Source: Balanoglossus misakiensis
Taxonomy: Eukaryota > Animalia > Hemichordata
NCBI GenBank assembly: GCA_040954595.2
Contig: CM082579.2
Span: 8,731,625 to 8,795,624, forward strand
Direction of reading: 5' to 3'
DNA: 64,000 bases
In this document: in pieces, positions 25,546-39,026 of the stretch
Position numbering within the stretch: the stretch's first letter is position 1
Layout: each line of letters starts with the position of its first letter
Program-made: the position numbers and the translations under genes
The notes under the pieces: generated by a model
What the model saw: only the letters and a program-made list of their open reading frames with translations
Databases searched by the model: none
Told to the model about the DNA's origin: nothing

Positions 25546-28500
25546 GAATTTTGTAAAACGTTAGTGGAAAATGTCATTTATACTGATATCAATTCAGTTG
25601 TCACTCTTGCTAACAAATTAAAATACTGGGTTGAATTTGGTTCCAACTGCTGAGAAATTACATTTTCCAGGGAGATTGGACCCTCTGGGTTTTTTTTTCT
25701 ATATCAGATGACAACACTGATGTCCTTGCTCACCAGCTAGATATTGACCACCCCAAAGTGTAATTAGAATCATGCATATTAATCAGTGATTATTTGTCAA
25801 GTCAAATTATTAAGTCGTTGATATTGTTACATGTAGTACAGAGGGCTTCACATGGCATGTCATCAATTCCTCTGTCTTATCTGTTTTCTTTTCATAGTCG
25901 CACAATTTGACAAATCATTAAGTTACAAACATTAACCTACCTGTGAAAAGATTAATAAAAAAAGGAAAGAAAATAAGGGAACCTTTAAAAAAATAAAATA
26001 ATGTGGGAACAGCTGTAAACTTTGACCTTAATTACTCTATAGGGTATAATGCCTTGGGACAGACATTTAAAATAATTAGTAGCATGTTGTGTAAATAATT
26101 ATTGTCTGCGATGTATACAAACGCGTCTTCAATCATTTTGAAAAGTAAAACAAACTGAGGTTTTCACTGTTATGTTGTCCATTGGGACATATTTCTCGTA
26201 AATTTGATAAAAATTGGTTCTACAATATAATCCGACTTGACCCTTAACTTTCTTGTCTATTTAAAAGAGAGTAGTGTAAGCATGCTTGAGTGTGTTGGAA
26301 TTTTTTTTTTGTTTATAAAATATTAATTCAAATTTTCAAATGATGAGGATAATATTGTTTAAGATGATATGTAAGTGTAGAAGAGAATCAAACAGCAGTA
26401 TTAAAGCGTACTGTGAGTTTACAGAGCTGTTTTGTTGCGCGGTACGTGCCATCGGGGACAGGGGTGAGTAATGTTCGCTTTGGGAGAAGACATGATGAAT
26501 ATGTACTGAACAAAAATTACATTAGCCCCCAGGGCGACAGAGTGCGGCATGAGATTAAAACAAATTGTCACACAGTAAATTGGTTTGCAGGTTTTTTTTC
26601 GGTGTACGCGGGGAATTTGCGAGGCGATGCCGCGCTAATTAGCGGGTGTTGAAGTTTAGCTGGATGAGAAAAGCAATGCCGACAAGATGAAATGGAAATC
26701 GGCATATGTCTTTGATGGGGGTTGTTATGAAAATGTCGGGGAATTTTTTCAGCGCAGATTTTTCCGCAAATTGTTGGTGTGAGAGTAACGCGTAAAATGA
26801 GAGAGGAAAAAAATAAGAAAAAAAATTAAACGTGAAAGGCGTCAAATTAGGAACACTGAATGTTGAAATTGTCAGGCAGTCCTGGACAATCTGGAGCTAA
26901 TCAATCAGTCGAGAGGAAAGTAGCGAATGTAATGGAAAAATTAAATTCAGCCTATAATCTACAAAGAGATGAATAAAAATAACGACGTGCGCATCTCTCA
27001 AAGCGCTGAAAGGGCCTACAGTAAACACAATATAGCGGTAAAATCCACTCTAAAACCAGTAAAGGGGATAATACAAAGCGGACTTTATTTTTCAATTTGC
27101 GTGTTATGAAATGAATAACTGTTGAAATCTGGAGACTGAATTGGAGTTTATTTTTTTTTGCCGGTGATGCTCCGATGTTAGGATGTCAGTGACGTCAAGA
27201 CGTGCTGTTGCACTGTGGAGTGGTTTTATCGTAATGCCATTCATTGTGAAACCGCGATTCAAGCGGGGGTTCGTTGTCAGCCATATTGGATTGCCGCTCT
27301 TTTACGCATAATTATTCCGTTAGAGTAAAAATGATTGTTTCCCCTTTACCGCTTGATGTTTCCCTGATTTCGTTTTATTGTCGCTTTGAACGGCACAGTG
27401 TAGGTCGGTCGTTGTTAATTCGGTTTATTTCTATTGCCCATATTTTTTTCCTCTCGGATAACCAGTGTGGCAGAAAAAGTACCTCGACCAAAAAATAAAG
27501 TAGGGTGTTGGACAAAATGAAAAGATTGCCTTTCCTGTGAGTTGGTATGTTTTCTTAAATTACGATCGCTTTAACGAGGAGAGAACAGGGTTTGTCACGT
27601 ATTCGTGCAGTTGGTGCAAAGATTTAATAACCAGCAATGGCAAGAAATGGGCTTTTTTCTCTCCCCCCCCCCCCCCCCATCCAATGTCTGCCTATGCTGT
27701 CAGAGCCGATGGGATGGAAATAATCGTGGGCAGATTGATGCGGTTGCCGCGGCAACCGTGCAAAGTGATGAAAAGGACGGGGATAGCCGGGATGAGCTGG
27801 AGAATGAAAGGTGGTGTAATTGAAGTGAAAATGTCATAGGTAGATGAGTCAAGGCGAGGGAGGAAACTGGGGAAGCCAGTGTGAGAGAAGACACCGTTTT
27901 TATTGGAGACGGTTGTCGATGGTGACATTGCTCACATTCTGCACTGTGACGGAGTCAGCCAGCGCAGCGCATTACCTTGAGGAGTTGATACACTGCCAGG
28001 GTAATGAATAAACCAGGTTGATTTGAAGACTTCAATAAAAATCCAAGATGTACCTTTGCCATTTTATTGACTGAACATAAAAAAAGAAGCTCATAGCCTG
28101 TATTAAGAGCTGTCTTTTTTTTTCATAGCCGGAGGGGGGCTAAACTTCAAAACATCTTGCAAATCAGCCGACGACGTTTATATCACGCAGACATTATCAA
28201 GTTGATGGATTTTGTAAAATGTTTTTGTGATCGAATTGTTAACATGGGGCATGCCGACACATTGAACTTCTGCGTGTTGTTTTCCTGTTGTCACTGACTG
28301 TGCAATAATTGATCTGACAGACTTTGTCAATTTAATCGGTGATGGGGATAATGATCAGACGTTTGCTGAGTGGGCTTAGCAATTATTGGTCTGCGTTAAG
28401 GAATTCGTCATTCTGAATACTGGATTTGGAAAGACCAGGGATTTCAATCCACTCTTAAGGATAGTCTAGAAAAATATAATGAAATTCACTCCAAGACAAG

Positions 28501-31500
28501 ACTGGAAAATTTGTTTCAGCCACACATGTTGCCGTAAAAATGTTAATCATTGTGAACAGGTCTTGACACAAGCACTTCATAACTGTTCATGTATAAGATC
28601 TCTTTGGTCGAATACTGCAATGCAGAAAAAGTTTTCATTTTGTGCCATAAAATGCTGCTGGTTACTTGTGTGGAGGTATGTACGTTTGTCCAGAAAAGAT
28701 AAACTTGATAAAAACTGACAACTTCATGGCTGCCAGGAAACATTTTTTTTTCAATCCTACACATCTGCCATCAAGATTTCTCCCGCAAGTGTTTGCAATT
28801 CACAGTACAAAAATTCGAAGCATACGTAAAAGAGACATCCAGATCTCGCCCACTGGAAGGCCTCTCTTAAATGTCGTACGATGAACAAGAAAGTCAGCCC
28901 TGCAAATGGATTTTGAAAAGCGACAGTCAAGTGGGGTGATGACACTCAATTTACACTTGACGTCTTGCAGAAGGAGAGACACGTCTGTTCTCTGGAGCAC
29001 GCGCTTGAAGTCGCTTTGAATCAGAGGGGCCTAGTTTTGTTCTCGGAACTTGTCCCTGAGAGGCTCGTCATTCAAATCAAATGCTGAACCTCTCTGGTGC
29101 ATTGGGCCTTTGTTCGCGTCAGCGTTTCTGGCTTTGACGGACGCTAAGCAGACATATTGAATGACACTTGTCGAGTCAGTGTCAGTTCCACAGAAATGTC
29201 AATTACTGAATGAGATGGTAGAGATGGCACTTGTGCGGTATATGTAACCATCGACCATCGTGCTTGTTCTTTTTTGAACTCAATTTATTGTATTATCAAA
29301 TGAATGTATATTTCAAATTTAAAGGAGAATGTCACAACAAAATTTATCAAATTCAACCACCTTCATCCATTGATCATTTTGTCCCCCCCCCCCCCCCAGC
29401 ACAATAACCTATATTTCAATCGTTATGAAATTTGAGAAAGTCTGCCAAGCTTGCGAAATGTCATAGTGCAGTTCAATAGTCTGTGAAAGAGGGACATACC
29501 AAAGCTGGGCTGGGCAACCAAGCTATATCTGTTAGGTAAACAGATTACTGGGTTGATAACCTAGGACAACAAACCACTGACCTCAGTGAGTTAACAGACA
29601 GTTATAAGAGCTCCATGTAGTTTAAATGCATCTGTAAATATGGAACTGTTTCATAATCCCGCAAAGCTGTCCCTGTTATCTGCTTTTACAATGGACAGAT
29701 TGCAGGAAAATGGGGGGTTTTATTACCCACACAGGCAATCAAAAGTGTCCATAATTGCATCTGATCTGTGTGTCTGTGTGTATAATCAGATCGGACAAGA
29801 ATTCAGATGTAGACTGCATCTAAAAATCAGAGAATTTATAAATTGTATTTTAAATATCATGATTTTAAGATATACTGATCTTTCATATTTTTCCCCCTTT
29901 TATGATGCGGTTTGTATATTACTTTTAGTAGACATTAACAGAAAGTCAGAAAACATTTTGGCAGAACACAACTGGCTGGATACTGTATCAGCCGGGGAAT
30001 GCACAGGCAAAGAATAACAGGATAAGAATCTTGTATTATTAGACTGGCAAATGTGTCATATGGTTACACAAAGGTGTGATTGAGCGTGAGTGGGATTTGC
30101 ATGTCGGCTCAGATTAGGGCATCCTTTCAGCTCTCGCTCGCTCGCTCAAAGGGATAAATCACCAGCAGACATTCCTTTTTAAGCGGCCACATTGTTTCAT
30201 TTCTGCGGATAAATTTTGCGGTCTGAAGTCTCTGCTGCCGCAAATCGACTGCCGGCCTGTCAGACTCGCCGTGCCGGAGCTGACCTCTGACCTGACCGCA
30301 GCCAGCCCTCGAGAATATGCGTGCACTGTGTAGCTGCAGACATATGGAGTTGCGGTGTCTCCCGGCGTTATTGTGCCTGTGGGCGCAGTGAAAACGTTAT
30401 TACGCCGGCAGTGTTTTTCGTGATGGGGTTATTGTGCCAATCGGGGAGGGTGATCGGGTCCACTTTACCATCTGACCCCTGGGGCAAGTAGTTCCACATG
30501 TCAAAAGTGTGTGATCAGATTACCGGAGGAGCTTCAGATTGGCAAATGGTAATAAATAAACGGTATGATCCACAAAGACGTAAATGGGTCCAATTCAGGG
30601 GTTATAAATTTTTATGTCGAACCAAATCATGTCGCGTATTTGCAGCATGTATATTAATGAGCCACTGCCAAAACAGTAGCAGTTGTGATATAACACAGGT
30701 AATACAGGTAATAACCGCAGTTATGTAAGAATAAATTTAGCCCATTAACCCTTTACAGTGGAAAAAGTAATACCAAAGTACTTCTTTTACAGTGTGATTC
30801 CAAATACACCTGATGTACACAGGGTAGTCAATCATGTATGTGCTGGCATGCCCAATGCCCAACTGAGGCACTGTGTGCCGTCCACTGTGCATATCCGTAC
30901 TAACATTAGCTTCCCACTTCCTCATCTTCCTGTTCTCTCCACTTATTATAAAATCACCCCCCCCCCCCCCACACGAAAGAAAAATCTTATGCATTCCACA
31001 GAAAGTAATCCTCTCGCACTTGTAACCCTTCAATGAGTCTCAGTAGACTAAGTAGTGGATTCCTTTAATGGGCATTGCCCGAATTCAGTCAGCTTAAACC
31101 CATCCTGATTTGAGATCGCTAGGAGAAAAAAGTCAATATTCTGGCACCTTTTTCCGTATGTTGTGTCTTCATTCTGTGAGTAGGTGATGTATTGGCTTGT
31201 GCGCGGATTGCACAGACATGGGTGTTGAAAGGTGTCTGATGAGAGGAGAATTGATCCAGTGTGTCGTTTTTATTGTCCCTATGTGAAGTGGTCAATGACT
31301 TGTAAATTGAGACCGTGTCTGATTCAAACCTTTCCCCTGTCACCTGGCATAGTTTTTCCCTTTCAAGTCACATCTCTGTGTCAAAAATACCAGCATGCAG
31401 AAGTTTTATAATGATACAATACGATACAATACAATATAGTATTGAATGGTAAGGTGATAAAACAGTAGTCTGTTGCCCTCACCAATTACATGTATCACAT

Positions 31501-34500
31501 TCATCAGTTTATATTATCGCATGTGTGCATCTTGTGATACCAATGCTGGAAACTGCTGTCACACTGACCTGATCTTTTTCCATATTTTCTCAACTCCTGA
31601 TGATGTCTCTAATACCAGGCAATTTGTAGTGCATTAATAACCAATAAAATAAAATTATAATAAAATACATTTTGCTCTGCTTAAGACAGTTGACAGAAAT
31701 AATAGCAAAATTCGCCACCAGTGGAATTGCTACGGTCAGGTCATATTTTATACACCGGCGAGGTAGTTGAGAAACAAGCTCAATTTACCATCTCAATTAT
31801 GAATTTGTCTCCAAGTACACAGCCCAACCAATCTCAAGTTACCAAGTGATGTATCCCACACTGTCCCTGGCGGCCTGTTACAGTAGCATATGTCACGCAT
31901 CAAAAGCTCTCTGAAGGCGCCACGCATCTTAAGCCGAGATAAAACGTGTCTGAGGATTTTGGGGTGGATTTTCAATCTGGATGCCCACCTTAGAAAACTG
32001 ATCAATCATTGGTTTTATTAACACAGATGACTCAGGAGAGAGAGAGGTCTATGCCCTAATTGTCGTTTTTTGTGGCAAGTACGAAGACCATTTCAGGTTC
32101 ACATCTTAAACTCAGTCTGCTATCCTATTTTTTTTATAGAAAAAATAAATGTGAAACAGCTTACAGTAATATTCACTTAGGGGACAGATTTTCAGAATTA
32201 TGTTATTTTCTGAAGCACCAGCCCCAGAAATATATAAGCTGATTTTTACCGATTTGCAAGGCATAGGAAATTTTTAAACCAGGCACATGGCAGTCATTCT
32301 GACAGATACTAATGTTCATCATGTGTGGGTCAATGTTGTAAGTGTGATAATTGAAGGGGTCAGTGATGTTTCCTCGGCCGGCATACCACAGCGGTGTAAG
32401 GTTTCTGTCTGGTCACTCAGGTACTGTCTCCCTTGCAGCGATTAAAATTCTTGTCTGTGAAGTCTATTTTTGGTGGCATTCAAAAAAACTATGAGGAAGT
32501 GATTTAGTGAGGCTGGCTGGCTGGCTGGCTGTATAGGCCTCGTTCAGATTTTTTTTTCTGTTTCAGTTCCTTAATAGCAGTTTAACCGTTGCGCTGGTGG
32601 GATCACCGTCCTGGTGGGACCGACACGCTCGTGTGGGTTCACACATGAATGGGCTGGCTGTGTTGCCGCACGGTTCGCACAGCGTATCTCAGGGTGGACG
32701 ACACCCAGCGACCACAGTGCGCCCACAAGCAGTGTTTGCCGAGTCAACCGTGGTCGTGTTTACAAACACCGTGCGATAGCGGCGGTTTCCCTTCCCAGAC
32801 GTGTCAACAGAGCTGACTCAGACTGTTCTGTTCGTGTACCCCCCCCCCCCCTACTCACATGCGAGCGCACATATACCGGCCCGCGGCCAAAAAAAGCCCA
32901 GGCATACATGTCAGTTGCTGGGTATTGGTTGTACCTCTGACAGTATAGCAGATTTACACACACAATCACATTTATATATTCTCTGCCACCCAGAGAGCAA
33001 TCCCTATCTGCCCCCACCTTGTACAACCAAACCCCACAGACCTGCACCAACTCTAGTATTGTCAGTTACCAGGTGTAAGTTGTACATCTGAGGGACAAAT
33101 ATAACCTTTTTGCGAATGATTAGTGGAAAGTGATTAGACACGGTGGCCATACTTACCATTCCAGACGCGTGTAGGGTTTCAATGTTGTCAACCAGACTGG
33201 CTCTTTTACTGTAAAGTGCTTGCACAGGGAAATATACAGGTCATGGAACTAGATCCTTGTCTAAACACTTCTAAATGAAAAGACCACCCAGCAAATTAAG
33301 TAAATGAGAGCAACGAGAATTCTCTGGGTGATAATGTTTGGGTTGTGTGGTATATTGTCACAAAGATAAATAAATCAATAAATGGTGTTGCTTATAGCTT
33401 GGGTTGTTGGGAAATGGCCCAGAAGTGTTCAACTGGGAATCTGATCACAAAATTTGTACATCTGTCATTAAATCAGATGTATTGTCAGTATTCCTCTTCT
33501 CTTTTACCAAAGTGATAGAGATATTTTGTTGTTGTTTTGCTTTATTTTGTTTTGATTTCAGTCATTTTGTCATGGATAGACCCCCTGACAACTGTACTCT
33601 AAACAGGATGCATCAATACTGTGGCAATCTTCATGATCCATTTCAGTACAATTTGTGTATCGATCAGTTATTTTTGCAACATGTGTAGTACAGCGTGTGA
33701 TATTACAATCCATCGTGGAAATCAACAGGAAGTGTGTGTGCAGCTATAGCAGAAAATCGTTTCAGTCAAGTGCCTGGGGACGTCTGATTTTAACGCACAG
33801 ATGCTAATTGTAGGACAGTGCCTTATCTACAGCTCTCTACCCAATGCATTTCATACCATTCTTGTTCACATTCATGAGAGTATTATAATCAGACAATGAA
33901 TGGGTGCTTTAGTGTGCCCTTTCATCCAGCCTTCACCTTACCCTCTAAAAACACAGTAGGTCTATTTGTATACACATGCATGAAAGCAGACTAGCCAACA
34001 CATAGGTCTTTACTGGCCAATTCTGTACGTAAATAACCAACCATGAATGGGCCAACCTTTCTTTTATTGTGGGTTATAAAAAGAAGAGGCCTCAGTGAAT
34101 TAGCGACAATGGCATATTAGAAAGGAACTCCAACTGCAGTTGAATGATCCAATGTGTCCAGGCCTATTTGTTGTTATAGATTTCCCCCACCCCTTCTCGG
34201 TAAACCCCACAGGTGTGTCCTGCGTTGTGTCTCTGGGATGCATTCGGATGACCCCCCCCCCCTCCCGAACAGATCAAGCCTGTTAGTGTGTGGCTTCACC
34301 CCTGTAGTCGATTGCTCTTGACAAGTTGAAGTATTTCCACTGGCAGACTTTGAAGAGCAGTTCTCACAGGGGATTGTGGATGCTGCCGTGATTGGTCTCC
34401 CGAGGAGAAACCCTTGCATGTCCTTCTGTGGTGAATGTGTGAAAAGCCACTTTAAGAGCCAACATCGCAGACTTTGTGTGTTTTCTTTTTTCCTTTCACG

Positions 34501-36243
34501 TCGGTGATCGACTCGCTATACATGTGCTTTCATCATTGTGTGCGCACAATTAAAACTGTCAGCTTGGATTCAGACAGTCGCATTCACAGGTGAAACTCTA
34601 GCGAGTGGCGCTTTCCTGACAGGATTTAACTGTACCTTGCAAAGTGACGTAATTAGTCGTATTCTTGCAGGGTACATGTAACAGTGTTTTTACCTGCAAG
34701 TGGCAATTAGCACGTTTTGCTGAAATAATATCTTGTACAGTGATTTTCGTTGAATTTGCGTTTGTGTTCACGTGTGTACGTACATGCGTGTGAGGCTGTG
34801 CTGTGAGAAATGTAAAAAAAAGAAAAAAAAAAGAAAAAAGTGCGCCATTCCACCTCTTACCCATGATTCATAGTCAGTGATGCTGTGCTTTGGTGACGTG
34901 CTGAAGATCACATACATCTACGCCCCAGTGCTGTCCCCCATGAAATGTCTCTTCATTCACTCCATCTGACTTGTTCGTCTCCACCTGTTTGAGGGCATAG
35001 CTCACCGAGTCCGTCTCCGAGCTGAGGAACGGGGTTTCCGTGCAGGCAGTTTGTAAATAATCACTGCCCTGTGACCGCCGTCCACTTAGTGATCCCACAT
35101 CAATTACTTAACCTTTGCAACACCATTGTCACTTCTGTGGTTACGCCACTCTCTGCAAAACCCACCTGCGTGTTGGCTTCATAAATATTTAGGTGAACGC
35201 AGCGATGTGTGCAGTGTATAAACTAAAAAAAACCCCAGCCTGGTTTAACTTCAGCGTGATGTGTGCATATGCAAAGGGGGGGGGGGGGGGGGGGGGGGGA
35301 AGTAATAAGGGACATTTCTGTGTAAAGCCTTGTACATACAAAATATAAATTGGGAGCTGTTTTTCCCACTGTGTTAATACATGTAGCTGTGTTTTGTGTA
35401 AGAGGAAATATATAGAATAGTTGTAAAATACTCATGAAATAAATAGAACAGTAGCAAATACTCCAGTAATTGGTGTTATCAAATTGTTTGTCATGCCTGT
35501 CATTAGGGTTTCGAGACCAGAGGGGTCTCGAAACCCTCTTGAAATCGTGTTGTTTTTTATTAGGGTTTCGAGACCAGAGGGGTCTCGAAACCCTCTTGAA
35601 ATCGTGTTGTTTTTTATTATTATTATTATTATTCTTCTTCCCACTTTTAAAAACAGCCGCTATTCGAAGACCGTTGCACCCAATGACTTGAAATTTGGCT
35701 CATAGGTAAAACTCAAAGCAAGTAATTTTTTGATTATGTCACTATGGCAACAGGTCACATGACCTGGCAGCCATCTTGGATTTAAACTTTTAAATTGGTC
35801 TAATTTGCATAAAAAATGAAGAATCCAAATTCTGTTCAGAAACTTTGTGGACCATATGGCCAGGGTCCTATATGCCAAATTTCAATGTCTAAGTCCTTGC
35901 CGATTTTGAGGAGATGATTTTTAAAGCATTATTTTTCATATTTTCCATGACCATTGGACCCAGCCATTGGCCTATACTTTCCATGGTTAAGCAATGGCCC
36001 CCTAGGATTTTAGATTTATGCCCAATATCTCAACATCCGCTGGGCTGATCAGCTTCAAATTTTGTGTGCAGCTAGCCTACCTTCCGACAATCAGTTCCAA
36101 CTGGAAAAAATAATATGGAAAATCGACCGATTTTTTTATATTAATTTTTTTATGAAATCTATACCTATACTTATTCCACTATACTTAAGCTATGGCCACA
36201 TAGTTTTGTAGAATTCTGGTCGGTGCAATAGTCTGCAGCATAG

Positions 36244-37180
36244 GACCAAAATAAGAAGCCAAATTTAAGGCTCACCTGTGACACCTGCTCAACTCATTAA
36301 TTATGTGCATACCTAATTCCAGGCAAACCAATAGGGCTACAGGTCTGGTTTTTGTCGGACATGGACCAGTATGGGGTCAATTTTTTTCCCCAAATTTTGG
36401 GTGACCTTGGGTGACCTTTGACCTACTTTCGCATATCTCAGCATCCAGAGCAGGTACAGCTCAGGTGTTTGGGTGGATGGGACCAAAATAAGAAGCCAAA
36501 TTTAAGGCTCACCTGTGACACCTGCTCAACTCATTAACTATGTGCATACCTAATTCCAGGCAAACTAATAGGGCTACAGGTCTGGTTTTTGTCGGACATG
36601 GACCAGTATGGGGTCAAATTTTTTCCCCACATTTTGGGTGACCTTGGGTGACCTTTGACCTACTTTCGCATATCTCAGCATCCAGAGCAGATACAGCTTA
36701 GGTGTTTGGGTGGATGGGACCAAAATAAGAAGCCAAATTTAAGGCTCACCTGTGACACCTGCTTAACTCATTAACTATGTACATACCTAATTCCAGGCAA
36801 ACCAATAGGGCTACAGGTCTGGTTTTTGTCGGACATGGACCAGTATGGGGTCAAATTTTCCCCCCAAATTTTGGGTGACCTTTGACCTACTTTCGCATAC
36901 CTCAGCATCCAGAGCAGGTACAGCTTAGGTGTTTGGGTGGATGGGACCAAAATAAGAAGCCAAATTTAAGGCTCACCTGTGACACCTGCTTAACTCATTA
37001 ACTATGTGCATACCTAATTCCAGGCAAACCAGTAGGGCTACAGGTCTGGTTTTTGTTTGACATGGACCAGTATAGCGTAAACATTTTCTGCTCATATTAA
37101 GCGTGACCTCACGTGACCTTTGACCTACTTTTCCACATCTCAGCATCCACAGCACATACACCCTTGGCATTTGGAGTGAT
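36244..37180 (+). repeat. Internal tandem array, ~237-bp unit x4
   Basis: gaccaaaataagaagcc starts at 36244, 36481, 36718 and 36945 (third unit 10 bp shorter, last unit diverged). Confidence 0.92.
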
Positions 37181-37913
37181 AGAACAACTAATGCAGTAAT
37201 TAAATATGCACAAATCTATCTCCAGGCGAACCAATAGGGCTAGTAGTGTCTCGAAACCCGCTTATTGCTGTTCACAGCTATATTTATTATTATTATTATT
37301 ATTCTTCTTCCCACTTTTAAAAACAGCCGCTATTCGAAGACCGATGCACCCATTGACTTGAAATTTGGCTCATAGGTAAAACTGAAAGCAAGTAATTTTT
37401 TGATCATGTCACTATGGCAACAGGTCACATGACCTGGCAGCCATCTTGGATTTAAACTTTTAAATTGGTCTAATTTGCATAAAAAATGAAGAATCCAAAT
37501 TCTGTTCAGAAACTTTGTGGACCATATGGCCAGGGTCCTATATGCCAAATTTCAATGTCTAAGTCCTTGCCGATTTTGAGGAGATGATTTTTAAAGCATT
37601 AATTTTCATATTTTCCATGACCATTGGACCCAGCCATTGGCCTATACTTTCCATGGTTAAGCAATGGCCCCCTAGGATTTTAGATTTATGCCCAATATCT
37701 CAACATCCACTGGGCTGATCAGCTTCAAATTTTGTGTGCAGCTAGCCTACCTTCCGACAATCAGTTCCAACTGGAAAAAATAATATGGAAAATCGACCGA
37801 TTTTTTTATATTAATTTTTTTATGAAATCTATACCTATACTTATTCCACTATACTTAAGCTATGGCCACATAGTTTTGTAGAATTCTGGTCGGTGCAATA
37901 GTCTGCAGCATAG

Positions 37914-38620
37914 GACCAAAATAAGAAGCCAAATTTAAGGCTCACCTGTGACACCTGCTCAACTCATTAATTATGTGCATACCTAATTCCAGGCAAACCA
38001 ATAGGGCTACAGGTCTGGTTTTTGTCGGACATGGACCAGTATGGGGTCAAATTTTTTCCCCAAATTTTGGGTGACCTTGGGTGACCTTTGACCTACTTTC
38101 GCATATCTCAGCATCCAGAGCAGGTACAGCTCAGGTGTTTGGGTGGATGGGACCAAAATAAGAAGCCAAATTAAAGGCTCACCTGTGACACCTGCTTAAC
38201 TCATTAACTATGTGCATACCTAATTCCAGGCAAACCAATAGGGCTACAGGTCTGGTTTTTGTCGGACATGGACCAGTATGGGGTCAAATTTTTTCCCCAA
38301 ATTTTGGGTGACCTTGGGTGACCTTTGACCTACTTTCGCATATCTCAGCATCCAGAGCAGATACAGCTTAGGTGTTTGGGTGGACGGGACCAAAATAATT
38401 AGCCAAATTTTAGAGTCACCTGTGACACCTGCCTAACTCATTAATTATGTGAATACCTAATTCCAGGCACACCAGTAGGGCTACAGGTCTGGTTTTTGTT
38501 TGACATGGACCAGTATAGCGTAAACATTTTCTGCTCATATTAAGCGTGACCTCACGTGACCTTTGACCTACTTTTCCACATCTCAGCATCCACAGCACAT
38601 ACACCCTTTGCATTTGGAGT
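37914..38620 (+). repeat. Internal tandem array, 237-bp unit x3
   Basis: Unit starts at 37914, 38151 and 38388. Confidence 0.92.
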
Positions 38621-38965
38621 GATAGAACAACTAATGCAGTAATTAAATATGCACAAATCTATCTCCAGGCGAACCAATAGGGCTAGTAGTGTCTCGAAAC
38701 CCGCTTATTGCTGTTCACAGCTATATTTTTTTACTTAAGATTCTCATGAGAAAAGGGCGTGCGACAAATTGACAAAAAATGTGAACTTTGAAATTTGCAG
38801 AGGAGAAAAATATAACATCAGGGGATAAATCTTGCCTCATACAGCATTGGGCTCAAGAAAAAAAAGAAGCTCTTTCTCCAAAGTTATGAAATGTTTTGCA
38901 TGCTTATAGAACGTTGAAAAGGTTTTGGACTAATTTCCCATTACTTTTATTTATTATTTTTGCAG

Positions 38966-39026
38966 CATGAGTTCATCAGTCAACTTGTTCGATGATTTGG
39001 AAATGAGTGACAGCGATGATGAACAG
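38966..39026 (+). CDS. AFF4: AFF-family exon (61 bp, phase 2-0), MSSSVNLFDDLEMSDSDDEQ
   Basis: Acceptor ttattatttttgcAG, donor CAG|GTGAGT; peptide matches the AFF motif SMLEDDLxLSDSEDS..EQ (recalled). It is the start of listed ORF 38967-39164. Confidence 0.85.

Larger units (their letters stand above)
35504..38726 (+). mobile_element. Two nested non-autonomous Helentron/HINE-like elements, family A (outer 35504-35560 + 37284-38726; inner 35561-37283)
   Basis: Head with 14-bp hairpin agggtttcgagacc/ggtctcgaaaccct present twice 57 bp apart; (tta)n tract; two near-identical bodies, each ending in the subterminal IR gtctcgaaaccc, hairpin gctgt-tc-acagc and tatat; T-rich junctions, no clear TSD, no coding capacity. 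Confidence 0.8.
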
